Assembly (NCBI RefSeq): GCF_001457595.1
Contig: NZ_LN831039.1
Span: 5,550,001-5,582,000, forward strand
Direction of reading: 5' to 3'
Source: Mycolicibacterium smegmatis
GTDB taxonomy: Bacteria > Actinomycetota > Actinomycetes > Mycobacteriales > Mycobacteriaceae
Length of the DNA: 32,000 nt
Both the position numbers and the translations under genes were made by a program. A model generated the notes under the pieces. The model saw only the letters and a program-made list of their open reading frames with translations. It made no database searches and was not told the origin of the DNA. The first letter of the stretch is position 1. Each line of letters starts with the position of its first letter. This document shows, piece after piece, positions 9,201-19,362 of the stretch.

Positions 9201-10448
9201 CTAGCCGCGCTGCGCCAGGAACGCGACGTCGACCGTCTCCCCCGTGCGTACCTCTTCGACGTCGGCGGGCACGATCACCAGACAGTTGGCCTCCGCGAGA
9301 GTGGCGAGCAGATGGGTCGAGGCGCCGGGCGCACCGCCGAGCGCCTGCACCAGGTACTCACCGGTGTCCTGATCGCGCATGAGTTGTCCGCGCAGATACC
9401 CCTTGCGGCCCGGCATCGAGGTGATCGGCGACAGCGTGCGCGCCTGCACGATGCGCCGCATCGGCTGACGCTTGCCCAGCGACAACCGGATCAGCGGGCG
9501 CACCATGATCTCGAACACCACGAGCGCGCTGACCGGGTTGGCAGGCAGCAGGAACACCGGGACGCGATCGCGGCCCAGCTGCCCGAAGCCCTGCACCGAG
9601 CCCGGGTGCATCGCGATGCGCGCGACCTCCATGTCGCCGAGTTCGGACAGCACCGTGCGCACCGATTCCGCGGCGGCCCCGCCCACGGCGCCCGCGATCA
9701 CCACGATCTCGTTGCGGTTGACCTGTCCCTCAACGGTTTCGCGCAGTTCACGGGGATCGGTGCTGATGATGCCGACGCGGTTCACCTCGGCCCCGGCATC
9801 ACGTCCGGCCGCGGCCAGTGCATAGGAGTTCACGTCGTACACCTGCCCGGTACCCGGGGTGCGCGACACGTCGACGAGCTCGCCGCCCACGCACATCACC
9901 GACAGCCGCGGCCGCGGATGCACCAGCACCTTGTCACGTCCGACGGCCGCGAGCAGGCCCACCTGGGCCGGGCCGATGATCGTGCCCGCACGCACCGCGA
10001 CATCGCCGGGTTGCACGTCGTCGCCCGTGCGCCGCACGTACGCGCCAGAGCGCACGCCGCGCAACACCCGCACGCGGTTCTCGCCGCCGTCGGTCCAGCG
10101 CAGCGGGAGCACCGCGTCGGCCAGCGTCGGCATCGGCGCGCCGGTCTGAACCCGTGCGGCCTGCCGCGGCTGCAGCCGGCTCGGTGTGCGCGCACCGGCC
10201 TCGATCACGCCCATCACCGGCAGGCTGATCTCACCGCCGTCCTCGGAATCCGAACCGACCCCGAGCACGTCGACACTGCGCACGGCATAGCCGTCGATGG
10301 CGGCCTGATCGAATCCCGGCATGGGTCGTTCGGTGACGACCTCCTCGGCACACATCAGCCCTTGCGATTCGGCTATGGCCACCCGTACCGGTCGGGGCGC
10401 CACCGCGGCGGCCGCCACACGGGCCTGCTGCTCCTCAACCGAACGCAC
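9201..10448 (-). CDS. glp: MoeA/gephyrin-like molybdotransferase (Glp; Rv0994-type)
   Basis: MRSVEEQQARVAAAAVAPRPVRVAIAESQGLMCAEEVVTERPMPGFDQAAIDGYAVRS...; MoeA family motifs (PMPGFDQAAIDGYAVR, IAGAVGG, LPANPVSALVVFEI). Confidence 0.88.
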   Translation of the reverse strand: MRSVEEQQARVAAAAVAPRPVRVAIAESQGLMCAEEVVTERPMPGFDQAAIDGYAVRSVDVLGVGSDSEDGGEISLPVMGVIEAGARTPSRLQPRQAARVQTGAPMPTLADAVLPLRWTDGGENRVRVLRGVRSGAYVRRTGDDVQPGDVAVRAGTIIGPAQVGLLAAVGRDKVLVHPRPRLSVMCVGGELVDVSRTPGTGQVYDVNSYALAAAGRDAGAEVNRVGIISTDPRELRETVEGQVNRNEIVVIAGAVGGAAAESVRTVLSELGDMEVARIAMHPGSVQGFGQLGRDRVPVFLLPANPVSALVVFEIMVRPLIRLSLGKRQPMRRIVQARTLSPITSMPGRKGYLRGQLMRDQDTGEYLVQALGGAPGASTHLLATLAEANCLVIVPADVEEVRTGETVDVAFLAQRG

Positions 10449-10504
10449 AACACGCCTTTCTACCCGTCCGTCTGCCGAGCTCGGCGCGCAGCTATGCAGT
10501 TAGC

Positions 10505-11428
10505 TCACTTCTCTGCCAAGCCCAGTCGCTCAACCAACCACTGCCGCAGTTCTGGGCCGTAGTCGTCACGTTCCAACGCAAAGTCAACCGCAGCCTTCAG
10601 GTAGCCGCCGGGATTTCCCAGGTCGTGTCGAGCACCGCGGTGCACCACCACGTGCACGGGATGGTCCTCTTCGATCAGCAACGCGATGGCGTCGGTCAGC
10701 TGGATCTCGCCACCGGTACCGCGGGGAACGCGGCGCAGCGCGTCGAAGATCGCGCGGTCCAGCACGTAACGGCCGGCCGCGGCGAAGTGCGACGGCGCGT
10801 CCTCGGGCCTGGGCTTCTCGACCATGCCCTTGACCCGCAGCACGTTCGGGTTGGCGGCGTCGGGCACGGTTTCGACGTCGAAGACACCGTAGGCGCTGAT
10901 CTTGTCGCCGGGCACCTCGATCGCGCACAGCACCGAGCCGCCGCGCTTGGCCCGCACCTTCGACATGGTCTCCAACACGCCGGTGGGCAACACCAGGTCG
11001 TCGGGCAGCAGCACCGAGATGGCGTCCTCGTCGGCAGCCAGGACGGACTCGACGCAGCTCACGGCGTGGCCGAGGCCCAGCGGCTCGGCCTGCACCACCG
11101 ATTCGACCTTGATCAGGGCAGGCGCGCGCCGGACCTTCTCCAACATGGTCTTCTTGCCGCGAGCTTCCAGGGTGCCCTCCAGCACCAGGTCTTGGACGAA
11201 GTGCGCGACGACACCGTCCTTGCCCTCGGACGTGACGATGACCAGGCGCTCCGCGCCGGCCTCGGCGGCCTCTGCCGCGACGAGTTCGATACCGGGCGTG
11301 TCGACGACCGGCAACAGTTCTTTGGGCACAGTCTTGGTTGCCGGCAGGAAACGAGTTCCCAGACCGGCCGCCGGGACGACTGCGGTATGAGGAATCGACA
11401 CCGTAGGGGCTTTCGAAGGCGTGCTCAT
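10505..11428 (-). CDS. galU: UTP--glucose-1-phosphate uridylyltransferase
   Basis: MSTPSKAPTVSIPHTAVVPAAGLGTRFLPATKTVPKELLPVVDTPGIELVAAEAAEAGAERLVIVTSEGK: textbook GalU N-terminus. Confidence 0.96.
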   Translation of the reverse strand: MSTPSKAPTVSIPHTAVVPAAGLGTRFLPATKTVPKELLPVVDTPGIELVAAEAAEAGAERLVIVTSEGKDGVVAHFVQDLVLEGTLEARGKKTMLEKVRRAPALIKVESVVQAEPLGLGHAVSCVESVLAADEDAISVLLPDDLVLPTGVLETMSKVRAKRGGSVLCAIEVPGDKISAYGVFDVETVPDAANPNVLRVKGMVEKPRPEDAPSHFAAAGRYVLDRAIFDALRRVPRGTGGEIQLTDAIALLIEEDHPVHVVVHRGARHDLGNPGGYLKAAVDFALERDDYGPELRQWLVERLGLAEK

Positions 11429-11455
11429 CGTTCACACATTAACGCCCAATTTGAA

Positions 11456-12052
11456 ATGGTGGAGGCTGTGTCCCCGAGGTCGAAGTCCCAGTTAAGAACC
11501 GCGCTTCTGCAAAACCGCCGGAGCGTGCCGGAGGCCGTGCGCGAGGGCGAGGCCGAGGCGTTGCGCGGTTGGCTGAGCGGGCTCAAGATCAGCGGCCGGA
11601 CAGTGTGCGCGTATGTGCCGGTGGGGTCCGAACCTGGCTCGATCACGCTGCTCGACACGTTGCTGGAACTCGGCGCGCGGGTGTTGCTGCCGGTGGCGCG
11701 CAACGACGCCGCGGGAATCCCCCTTCCACTGCAATGGGGCAAATATCGGCCAGGCACCCTGGTCGCCGCCGAGTTCGGGCTACGGGAGCCCCCGCCGCCG
11801 TGGCTGCCCGCCGAGACGATCGGTGAGGCCGACGTCATCCTGGTCCCCGCCCTGGCGGTCGACCGGTCCGGGGCGCGCCTGGGTCGCGGCGCGGGCTTTT
11901 ACGACCGGACGCTGCACCACGCCGCGGCGACGGCGCAGGTGATCGCGGTGGTGCGCGACGACGAACTGCTCGACGAGATCCCCGCCGAACCGCACGACGT
12001 CGCGATGACGCACGTGCTCACACCGAAGCGGGGCATCGTCGCCTTGCGTTGA
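11456..12052 (+). CDS. 5-formyltetrahydrofolate cyclo-ligase family protein
   Basis: MVEAVSPRSKSQLRTALLQNRRSVPEAVREGEAEALRGWL...LLPVARNDAAGIPLPLQW...ARLGRGAGFYDRTL: RLGRGxGFYDR motif. Divergent from galU as in Rv0992c/Rv0993. Confidence 0.92.
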   Translation: MVEAVSPRSKSQLRTALLQNRRSVPEAVREGEAEALRGWLSGLKISGRTVCAYVPVGSEPGSITLLDTLLELGARVLLPVARNDAAGIPLPLQWGKYRPGTLVAAEFGLREPPPPWLPAETIGEADVILVPALAVDRSGARLGRGAGFYDRTLHHAAATAQVIAVVRDDELLDEIPAEPHDVAMTHVLTPKRGIVALR

Positions 12053-12172
12053 CGCGCAACACCTCCCGCTCCGAGGGCAGTCGCAAATAAGTCCTGTTAT
12101 CGCGGTCGAATCCGGGTATAGGGCACGCGCCAGGCATAGCGTCGAGTGCACGGGGAGAAGGGTCGCGGATCG

Positions 12173-13999
12173 ATGGGCGATACACCGGCTTTGAAACGGG
12201 CGCTCAGCCAGCGCCAGTTGCGGATGATCGCCATCGGCGGCGTCATCGGGGCAGGGTTGTTCGTCGGGTCCGGTGTGGTGATCGGCGATACCGGGCCGGG
12301 CACGTTCATCACGTACGGCCTGGCCGGCGTGCTGATCATCATGGTGATGCGGATGCTGGCCGAGATGGCCGTGGCCAACCCGTCCACGGGGTCGTTCGCC
12401 GACTACTCGCGCAACGCACTGGGCAACTGGGCGGGCTTCTCGGTCGGCTGGTTGTACTGGTATTTCTGGGTCATCGTCGTGGGGTTCGAGGCGATCGCCG
12501 GGGCCAAGATCATCCAGTTCTGGATCGACTTGCCGCTGTGGCTGACCGCGCTGATCCTGCTGATCGCGATGACGGCGACGAACCTGTTCTCGGTGTCGTC
12601 GTTCGGCGAGTTCGAATACTGGTTCGCGGGTGTGAAGGTCGCCGCGATCCTGGCGTTCATCGGCCTGGGCGCGTTCTACGTCCTGGGCGTGTGGCCGGAC
12701 AAGGATCTCGACTTCTCGAATCTCACCGCGCACGGCGGCTTCTTCCCGCTCGGCGCCACGGCGGTCACGGTCGGCGTGGTCACGGTGATCTTCTCGATGG
12801 TGGGTGCGGAGATCGCGACGATCGCGGCCGCGGAGTCCTCGGATCCCGAGCGGGCCGTGGCCAAGGCCGCCAACTCGGTGATCCTGCGCATCGCGTTGTT
12901 CTTCGTCGGATCGGCGTTTTTGCTCGTGACGATCCTGCCGTGGAACAGCGACCAGACCGTGGCCTCGCCGTTCGTCGCCGCGTTCACCGAGATGGGCATC
13001 CCCTACGCCGACCACATCATGAACGCGGTCGTGCTGACCGCGGTGCTGAGCTGTCTCAACTCCGGCATGTACACCGCGTCGCGCATGCTGTTCGTGCTCG
13101 CCGCGCGCCGTGAGGCACCGCCGCAGCTGGTCGCCGTCACCCGGCGAGGCGTGCCCGCCACGGCGATCCTGACATCGTCGGTGATCGGCCTGATCTGCGT
13201 GATCGCCGCGGCGTTCTTCCCCGACACCATCTTCCAGTTCCTGCTGAACTCCAGCGGTGCGGTCATCCTGTTCGTCTACCTGCTGATCGCGATCTCGCAG
13301 ATCGTGCTGCGCCGCCGCACCGACGACTCGACGCTCAAGGTCAAGATGTGGCTGTTCCCGGTGCTGTCGATTCTCACGGCCGCCGCGATCTTCGCGATCC
13401 TGGTGCAGATGTTCGTACAGGGCGGCGACAACCGCAGCGCGTTGGTGCTGAGCCTGGCGTCGTGGGCCGTGGTGATCGTGTTGTTCTGGCTCAACCGGAT
13501 GTTCGTCAGCCGTCGCCCGCAGACGCCCGACGTCGCGCCGACCTCGGAGCATCCGCACCGCGTGCTGGTGCTCGCCAACCAGACCGTGGAATCGGACGAA
13601 CTACTCGACGAACTCCGCCGGATCGGCGCCGACCGCGACACCACGTACTACGTCGTCGTCCCGGCCAGCCCGATCGACACGGGTGTGGCCAGTACGCACG
13701 GCCCGCTGGACATCTCGGAGGCGACGCAGCAGGCGGCGCAGGAACGCCTCGACAGCACCCTGGCCACGTTGCGCTCCGAGGACTACGAGGCGACGGGCAC
13801 GCTCGGCGAGTACCGGCCGCTGCGCGCGCTGGCCAAGGCCGTCGAGACCTTCCGTCCCGATCAGATCGTGATCTCGACGCTGCCGCCGGAAGAGTCGGTG
13901 TGGCAGCGGTTCGACGTCGTCGACCGGGCCAGGGCCGAACACCGCCTGCCGGTGACCCACGTCGTATCGCGGGTCCGCGCAACGGAACCCGCGCCGTGA
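12173..13999 (+). CDS. APC-family amino acid permease with a C-terminal soluble UspA-like domain
   Basis: MGDTPALKRALSQRQLRMIAIGGVIGAGLFVGSGVVIGDTGPGTFITYGLAGVL...; 12-TM core like GABA/amino acid permeases, then ~150 aa soluble tail (PHRVLVLANQTVESDELLDELRRIGADRDTTYYVVVPASP...). Confidence 0.88.
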   Translation: MGDTPALKRALSQRQLRMIAIGGVIGAGLFVGSGVVIGDTGPGTFITYGLAGVLIIMVMRMLAEMAVANPSTGSFADYSRNALGNWAGFSVGWLYWYFWVIVVGFEAIAGAKIIQFWIDLPLWLTALILLIAMTATNLFSVSSFGEFEYWFAGVKVAAILAFIGLGAFYVLGVWPDKDLDFSNLTAHGGFFPLGATAVTVGVVTVIFSMVGAEIATIAAAESSDPERAVAKAANSVILRIALFFVGSAFLLVTILPWNSDQTVASPFVAAFTEMGIPYADHIMNAVVLTAVLSCLNSGMYTASRMLFVLAARREAPPQLVAVTRRGVPATAILTSSVIGLICVIAAAFFPDTIFQFLLNSSGAVILFVYLLIAISQIVLRRRTDDSTLKVKMWLFPVLSILTAAAIFAILVQMFVQGGDNRSALVLSLASWAVVIVLFWLNRMFVSRRPQTPDVAPTSEHPHRVLVLANQTVESDELLDELRRIGADRDTTYYVVVPASPIDTGVASTHGPLDISEATQQAAQERLDSTLATLRSEDYEATGTLGEYRPLRALAKAVETFRPDQIVISTLPPEESVWQRFDVVDRARAEHRLPVTHVVSRVRATEPAP

Positions 14000-14892
14000 C
14001 CATCCTGGCCGCGTTCAGCGCGAGCGGGCACGCCCGCGCGCCGCTGTACCTGGCGGCCCAGATCGCGCGGACGACGGGTGACAACGTCCTGGCCGCGGCG
14101 GTCATCGAACGGCCGTGGCCGCCGCGCGGCGACCCGGTGGAGAAGGAGTACCTCGACTACGTCGGCCGTCAGGCCGCGCACGCGCTGGACTCGGCCGCGG
14201 CCGTGTTCCCCGCCACCATCGAGTTCTCGACGCTGGTCCACGAATCGACCTCGGTGCCAAAGGGTCTGATGGAGCTCGCGGCGTCGCACCGGGCACAGAT
14301 CGTGGTGGTCGGCTCGTCCTCGTCGGGGCTGTTGGGCCGTGTCGCGCTGGGCAGCGTCACCGAGCGCCTGGTGCACACCGCTCAGGTTCCGGTGGCGATC
14401 GCGCCCCGCGGATACGCGCAGGGCTCGGGAAAGATCCGCAGGCTCACCGCGGCGTACGGCGGTGAGGCCGACGTCAACGGGCTCATCCCCGCCGCGGCGC
14501 AACTGGCCAAGGACTGGTCGACGCTGCTGCGCATCGTGTCGTTCACCGTGCGCAACGTCGCGGCATTCTCGGGCCGGATCGAATCGGCCGCAGAGGATCT
14601 GGTGGTGCAGCAGTGGTCACGGCGCACCCACGACGACATCGTGCGCCTGCTCGATACCGTGCGCGCGGACGTGCGCAACGACGGCCCCCTGGACGACGTC
14701 GACGTCGTGGTGGGCACCGGCGCGGACTGGAACACCGCGGTGCAGAGCGTGCCGTGGGAGGCCGGGGACATGCTGCTGCTGGGTTCGGGCGCCGCGGCCC
14801 AGTCGGCGCAGGTGTTCCTCGGTTCGGCGGCGGCCCGGATCCTGCGCAACTGTCCCGTGCCGGTCATGGTCGTACCGCGCTACGAGGGCTGA
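13996..14892 (+). CDS. universal stress protein (tandem Usp domains)
   Basis: GTG start inside the permease stop (GTGA 13996-13999). VTILAAFSASGHARAPLYLAAQIARTTGDNVLAAAVIE...IVVVGSSSSGLLGRVALGSVTERLVHTAQVPVAIAPRG: ATP-binding Usp motif; second domain ends ...NCPVPVMVVPRYEG. Confidence 0.88.
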   Translation: MTILAAFSASGHARAPLYLAAQIARTTGDNVLAAAVIERPWPPRGDPVEKEYLDYVGRQAAHALDSAAAVFPATIEFSTLVHESTSVPKGLMELAASHRAQIVVVGSSSSGLLGRVALGSVTERLVHTAQVPVAIAPRGYAQGSGKIRRLTAAYGGEADVNGLIPAAAQLAKDWSTLLRIVSFTVRNVAAFSGRIESAAEDLVVQQWSRRTHDDIVRLLDTVRADVRNDGPLDDVDVVVGTGADWNTAVQSVPWEAGDMLLLGSGAAAQSAQVFLGSAAARILRNCPVPVMVVPRYEG

Positions 14893-14895
14893 GGT

Positions 14896-15660
14896 TTACT
14901 GCGGTTCGCGCTGGAATTCCGCGCTGAGTTCACCCGCGACGCGCTGCAGGATCGGCACCACGTAGGTCGCGGCGTCGACCGTGACCCGGCCGTCGGGACC
15001 GGACACCGAGATCGCGGTGAGCGTCGGCGCGTTGGGCACCGGCACGGCGAAGCAACGGACTCCGATCTCCTGTTCGGCCTCGTCGGCGGCATACCCGCGT
15101 TCGCGGCTGCGCTGCAATTCGTCGATCATCGCGTCGACGTCGGTGATGGTGGCCTTGGTGTAGGCCGGCATCCCGGATCGGGTGAGCAGATCGCGGACGT
15201 CGTTGTCGCGCATCTGCATCAAGAGCGCCTTGCCGACACCGGTGCAGTGCAGGTGTACGCGACGACCGACCTCGGTGAACATGCGCATGGTGTGGGCCGA
15301 CGGCACCTGCGCGACGTAGACGGCCATGTTGACGTCCAGCACGGCCATGTTGGCGGTCTCGCCGATCGCCTCGACGAGTTCGGCCAGGCGCTCCCGCGAC
15401 GAACGGCCGAACTGCTGAGTCGCGCTCTCACCGAGCCGGATCAGGCGCGGCCCCAGCGCATACCGCCGGCTGGGCAGTTGGCGCACGTAGCCGTTGTTGA
15501 GCAGGGTCCTGATGAGCCGGTGGATGGTGGGAACCGGCAGACCGGTGCGCTCGGAGAGTTCGCTGACCCCGATCGAACTGCTCACCGAGGCCATGATCTC
15601 CAGAAGCTCGAAGCCTCGTTCGATCGACTGCACCCCGCCCGTGGACGGCGGTTTCCCCAT
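14896..15660 (-). CDS. IclR-family transcriptional regulator
   Basis: MGKPPSTGGVQSIERGFELLEIMASVSSSIGVSELSERTGLPVPTIHRLIRTLLNNGYVRQLPSRRYALGPRLIRLGESA: IclR winged-HTH; C-terminal effector domain. Confidence 0.93.
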   Translation of the reverse strand: MGKPPSTGGVQSIERGFELLEIMASVSSSIGVSELSERTGLPVPTIHRLIRTLLNNGYVRQLPSRRYALGPRLIRLGESATQQFGRSSRERLAELVEAIGETANMAVLDVNMAVYVAQVPSAHTMRMFTEVGRRVHLHCTGVGKALLMQMRDNDVRDLLTRSGMPAYTKATITDVDAMIDELQRSRERGYAADEAEQEIGVRCFAVPVPNAPTLTAISVSGPDGRVTVDAATYVVPILQRVAGELSAEFQREPQ

Positions 15661-15687
15661 ACGTCACTCTCCCAGGTTCGCCCCCGG

Positions 15688-15714
15688 CCACTATTCCACA
15701 CCGCGGAATAGTGG
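15688..15714. promoter_or_regulatory. perfect 10-bp inverted repeat, putative IclR operator upstream of its own gene
   Basis: CCACTATTCC-ACACCGC-GGAATAGTGG, centred about 40 nt upstream of the iclR-like start codon. Confidence 0.7.
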
Positions 15715-15734
15715 TTCCAACTTTGCTGGGAGAG

Positions 15735-15762
15735 CCGGCCGCCCCGGGCGGGGGGCGGCCGG
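15735..15762 (-). terminator. GC-rich hairpin after gcl, likely terminator
   Basis: CCGGCCGCCCC / GGGGCGGCCGG 11-bp perfect stem just downstream of the gcl stop; no clear U-tract. Confidence 0.5.
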
Positions 15763-15767
15763 TCTCA

Positions 15768-17564
15768 CTAATCGAACAGCGCCAGCGCCGCGGGGGCGTC
15801 GTCGAGGTCGACGGCGAGCGGTTCGAACTCGGTGACGTTGTCGAGTTCGGTTCCCATGGCGATGTTGGTGACGCGTTCGAGGATGACCTCGACGACGACG
15901 GGCACCTTGTGCTCGCGCATCAGTTCCTGCGCGCGGCGCAGCCCCGGCCCGATCTGATCGGGTTCGGTGACACGAATCGCTTTGCAGCCCAATCCTTCTG
16001 CGACGCGCACGTGGTCGACGCCGTAGCCCTTGGGCATGGAGTCGGACGTCTCGTGTTCCTGCGCGTTGATGTTGTCGAAGGCGAGCGACACGTGGAAGTC
16101 CATGTCGAACTGCCGCTGGGCCTGGCGGATCAACCCGAGGTAGGAGTTGTTCACCACCACGTGGATGTACGGCAGGTTGAACTGCGCGCCGACCGCGAGT
16201 TCCTCGATGAGGAACTGGAAGTCGTAGTCGCCGGACAGCCCGACCACGGTGGCCGATGGATCGGCCGCGACCACACCCAGCGCCGCGGGCAGCGTCCATC
16301 CCAGCGGACCGGCCTGGCCGCAGTTGATCCAGCCACGGCGCCGGAACACCTGCAGGAACTGGCCGCCGGCGATCTGCGACAGGCCGATCGTGCTGACGTA
16401 GCGCACGTCGCGGTCGAAGGCTGAGTTCATCTCCTGGTAGACGCGCTGCGGTTTGATCGGAATGTCGTCGAAGTGCGTCTTGCGGTGCATGGTGCGCTTG
16501 CGGTACAGGCACTCCTCGACCCAGTTGGCGCGGCTGGGCAGAGCACCGCTCGCGCGGCGCTCCCGGGCCACCTCGAGCATCTGCTCGAGCGCCGCGAGCG
16601 CGTCGGACACCACGGAGTAGTCGGGCGCGAACACCCGGCCGATCTGTGTGGGTTCGATGTCGATGTGGACGAATTTGCGTCCCCGCCGGTAGGTTTCGAG
16701 CCCACCGGTGTGCCGGTTGGCCCAGCGGTTGCCGATGCCCAGGACGAAGTCCGACGCCAGCATGGTCGCGTTGCCGTAGCGGTGTGCGGTCTGCAGACCG
16801 GCCATGCCCGCGGCCAGCCGGTGGTCGTCGGGGATGGTCCCCCAGCCCATGAGCGTCGAGATCACCGGCACGTCGAGCAGTTCGGCGAGTTCGACCAGTT
16901 GATCCTCGGCGCCTGCGTTGACGATGCCGCCGCCTGCGACGATCACCGGACGGTCGGCCTGGGCCAGCATGTCGAGGACCTTGACGGCCTGCGCCCGTGT
17001 CGCACGCGGCTTGTACACCGGGAGCGGCTGGTAGGTGTCGGGGTCGAACTCGATCTCGGCGAGTTGCACGTCGAGCGGCAGGTCGATCAGCACCGGGCCG
17101 GGCCTGCCCGATCGCATGAGGTGGAACGCCTGCGAGAACGCACCGGGCACCTGCGCCGGTTCCAGCACCGTCATCGCCATCTTGGTCACGGGCTTGGCGA
17201 TCGCGGCGATGTCGACAGCCTGGAAATCCTCCTTGTGCAGGCGCGCGGTCGGCGCCTGCCCGGTGATGGCCAGGATCGGGATCGAGTCGGCCATGGCCGA
17301 GTAAAGACCCGTGATCATGTCGGTGCCCGCTGGGCCGGACGTGCCGATGCAGACGCCGATGTTGCCCGCCTTGGCCCGGGTGTATCCCTCGGCCATGTGG
17401 CTGGCGCCCTCGACGTGGCGGGCCAGCACGTGCCGGATGCCCCCGTGTGCGCGCATCGCCGCGTAGAACGGGTTGATCGCCGCCCCCGGCAGCCCGAAAG
17501 CCTGTGTGGCGCCCTCGAGTTCGAGGATCTTGACTGCCGCGTCGACAGCGCGCATGCGGGTCAT
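15768..17564 (-). CDS. gcl: glyoxylate carboligase (tartronate-semialdehyde synthase)
   Basis: [90 protein letters not shown]...; ThDP enzyme with Gcl-specific N-terminus, adjacent to hyi and glxR. Confidence 0.95.
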   Translation of the reverse strand: MTRMRAVDAAVKILELEGATQAFGLPGAAINPFYAAMRAHGGIRHVLARHVEGASHMAEGYTRAKAGNIGVCIGTSGPAGTDMITGLYSAMADSIPILAITGQAPTARLHKEDFQAVDIAAIAKPVTKMAMTVLEPAQVPGAFSQAFHLMRSGRPGPVLIDLPLDVQLAEIEFDPDTYQPLPVYKPRATRAQAVKVLDMLAQADRPVIVAGGGIVNAGAEDQLVELAELLDVPVISTLMGWGTIPDDHRLAAGMAGLQTAHRYGNATMLASDFVLGIGNRWANRHTGGLETYRRGRKFVHIDIEPTQIGRVFAPDYSVVSDALAALEQMLEVARERRASGALPSRANWVEECLYRKRTMHRKTHFDDIPIKPQRVYQEMNSAFDRDVRYVSTIGLSQIAGGQFLQVFRRRGWINCGQAGPLGWTLPAALGVVAADPSATVVGLSGDYDFQFLIEELAVGAQFNLPYIHVVVNNSYLGLIRQAQRQFDMDFHVSLAFDNINAQEHETSDSMPKGYGVDHVRVAEGLGCKAIRVTEPDQIGPGLRRAQELMREHKVPVVVEVILERVTNIAMGTELDNVTEFEPLAVDLDDAPAALALFD

Positions 17565-18475
17565 GGCCGCTCCTTGGTGTTCGAGGACCCGGGCTCGGTG
17601 GAGGCGCCGGAGAGTTTGGCGATGGTCCGGAACAGTCCGGAGTGGTCCAGTGCGCCGTCGCCGTTGATGCGTGCCGACGCCATGAGCTGCGCGACGGCCG
17701 CGCCGATCGGCGTGACCACGCCGGCCTCGCGCGCGGCGTTGGTGAGGATGCCGAGGTCCTTGTGGTGCAACTCGATCCGGAATCCGGGGTCGAATGAGCG
17801 GTCGAGCATCTTCTGGGCCTTCTGGTCCAGCACGGCAGATCCGGCGAGCCCGCCGCCCAGCACCTTGACCGCAGCGGTGGTGTCGACGCCATAGGCCTCC
17901 AGGAAGATGATGGCCTCGGCGAGCAGGGCGATGTTGCCCGCCACGATCAGCTGGTTGGCGGCCTTGACGGTCTGCCCGGCTCCGTTGGGCCCGACGTGCA
18001 CGATCGTCTTGCCGACGGCCTCGAGCACGGGCATCGCGCGGCTGACGTCCTCGTCGGCGCCACCGATCATGATGGACAGGGCCGCGTTCTTGGCGCCGAT
18101 CTCACCTCCCGACACGGGCGCGTCGATGAGGCGCAGGTCGTGATCGGCGGCCTGCTTGGCCAGGTCCATGCTGACGTCGGGCCGGATGCTGGAGAAATCG
18201 ATGATCAGCGTTCCCGGTGCGGCACTCGCGAACACGCCGCCGTCGGCGGTGAGCACCTCGGTGACGTCCGGTGAGTCCGGCACCATCACCGCGACGATCT
18301 CGGCGCCGTCGACGGCGTCGGCGATCGAGTCGGCCGCGGTGCCGCCCGCGGCGACCAGGTCGGCGGTGCGGTGCGGCGACCGGTTGTAGCCCTTGACCGT
18401 ATGGCCGGCCTTGACGAGGTTTACGGCCATCGGGCTCCCCATGATACCCAGCCCGATGAATGCGATCGTGCTCAT
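17561..18475 (-). CDS. glxR: 2-hydroxy-3-oxopropionate (tartronate semialdehyde) reductase
   Basis: [34 protein letters not shown]...[24 protein letters not shown]; ATGA overlap with gcl. Confidence 0.93.
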   Translation of the reverse strand: MSTIAFIGLGIMGSPMAVNLVKAGHTVKGYNRSPHRTADLVAAGGTAADSIADAVDGAEIVAVMVPDSPDVTEVLTADGGVFASAAPGTLIIDFSSIRPDVSMDLAKQAADHDLRLIDAPVSGGEIGAKNAALSIMIGGADEDVSRAMPVLEAVGKTIVHVGPNGAGQTVKAANQLIVAGNIALLAEAIIFLEAYGVDTTAAVKVLGGGLAGSAVLDQKAQKMLDRSFDPGFRIELHHKDLGILTNAAREAGVVTPIGAAVAQLMASARINGDGALDHSGLFRTIAKLSGASTEPGSSNTKERP

Positions 18476-18505
18476 ATCCCCTCCTTCTCGGTGGTCAGTC
18501 GGTGG

Positions 18506-19339
18506 TCAGCGGTCGGCGCGGGCGTGCACCGAGCGGTGTTCGAGAGGCAGCCAGTCGAACGGATCCTCGCGGCTGGCCTTGTATTCCAGGCCCACGTAGC
18601 CGCGGTAGCCGTAGCCTGCGAGCTGTTCGAGGTAGCCCGCCAGCGGCAGCGACCCGGTCCCCGGTTCACCACGGCCCGGCGCGTCGGCGATCTGCACGTG
18701 GCCGATCAGGTCGGCATGGCCTTCCAGCGCGGCAGGCACGTCGTCGCCGTTGACGCTCATGTGATAGACGTCGGCCAGAAGACGCAGGTTGTTGGCGGTG
18801 CCGTCGGACTGCGCCGCGACGCGGTCGATCACGGCGACCGCGTCGGCGGCGAGTTTCAGCGGGTACAGCGGTGACCCGCTGACGGGTTCGATGAGGACGA
18901 CGGCGTCGATGGCGCGGGTGGCTTCCGAGGCGTAGATCAGGTTCTCCACCGCCGCCGCGTCCTGCTCGTCGACGCCGGCGTCGTCACGGCGGTTGCCGTA
19001 CAGGGCGTTGAAAGCCTTGGTGCCCAGGCGCTTGGCGATTTCGACGGCGATGTCGACGCTCGCGCGGAAGTCTGCGCTGCGTCCCGGATGCGACAGGATG
19101 CCGCGCTCACCACCGGGCATGTCCCCCGCGGCGAAGTTCAGACCGGTGAGCTGCACTCCCGCGTCGGAGATCGCGCTCACGAACTCGTCGACCTCGCGGT
19201 CGGACGGGGTGGCCTCGGCGAAAGGCCACCAGAACTCGACCGCGTCGAAGCCCGCGGCCCGCGCGGCCTCGGGGCGCTGCAGCAGTGGCAGCTCGGTCAA
19301 CAGGATCGAGCAATTGACGGTGTACGGGCTTGCCGGCAT
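18506..19339 (-). CDS. hyi: hydroxypyruvate isomerase / TIM-barrel sugar isomerase
   Basis: YTVNCSILLTELPLLQRPEAARAAGFDAVEFWWPFAEATPSDREVDEFVSAISDAGVQLTGLNFAAGDMPGGERGILS: typical Hyi. Confidence 0.92.
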   Translation of the reverse strand: MPASPYTVNCSILLTELPLLQRPEAARAAGFDAVEFWWPFAEATPSDREVDEFVSAISDAGVQLTGLNFAAGDMPGGERGILSHPGRSADFRASVDIAVEIAKRLGTKAFNALYGNRRDDAGVDEQDAAAVENLIYASEATRAIDAVVLIEPVSGSPLYPLKLAADAVAVIDRVAAQSDGTANNLRLLADVYHMSVNGDDVPAALEGHADLIGHVQIADAPGRGEPGTGSLPLAGYLEQLAGYGYRGYVGLEYKASREDPFDWLPLEHRSVHARADR

Positions 19340-19362
19340 TCGCGGAGGCTCCTCACGTTCAA

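Noticed and set aside
10584-11435. 283-aa minus ORF overlapping galU
   Set aside because: Frame-shifted shadow of galU with Arg/Gly-rich translation.
13348-13995. 5' extension of the Usp ORF
   Set aside because: Overlaps the permease coding sequence in another frame; Usp homology starts at GTG 13996.
15691-17892. 733-aa minus-strand ORF
   Set aside because: Same strand but shifted frame relative to gcl/glxR; Arg/Pro/Thr-rich translation, while the gcl frame has clear family motifs.
16473-17894. 473-aa plus-strand ORF
   Set aside because: Antisense shadow of gcl; no recognisable motifs.
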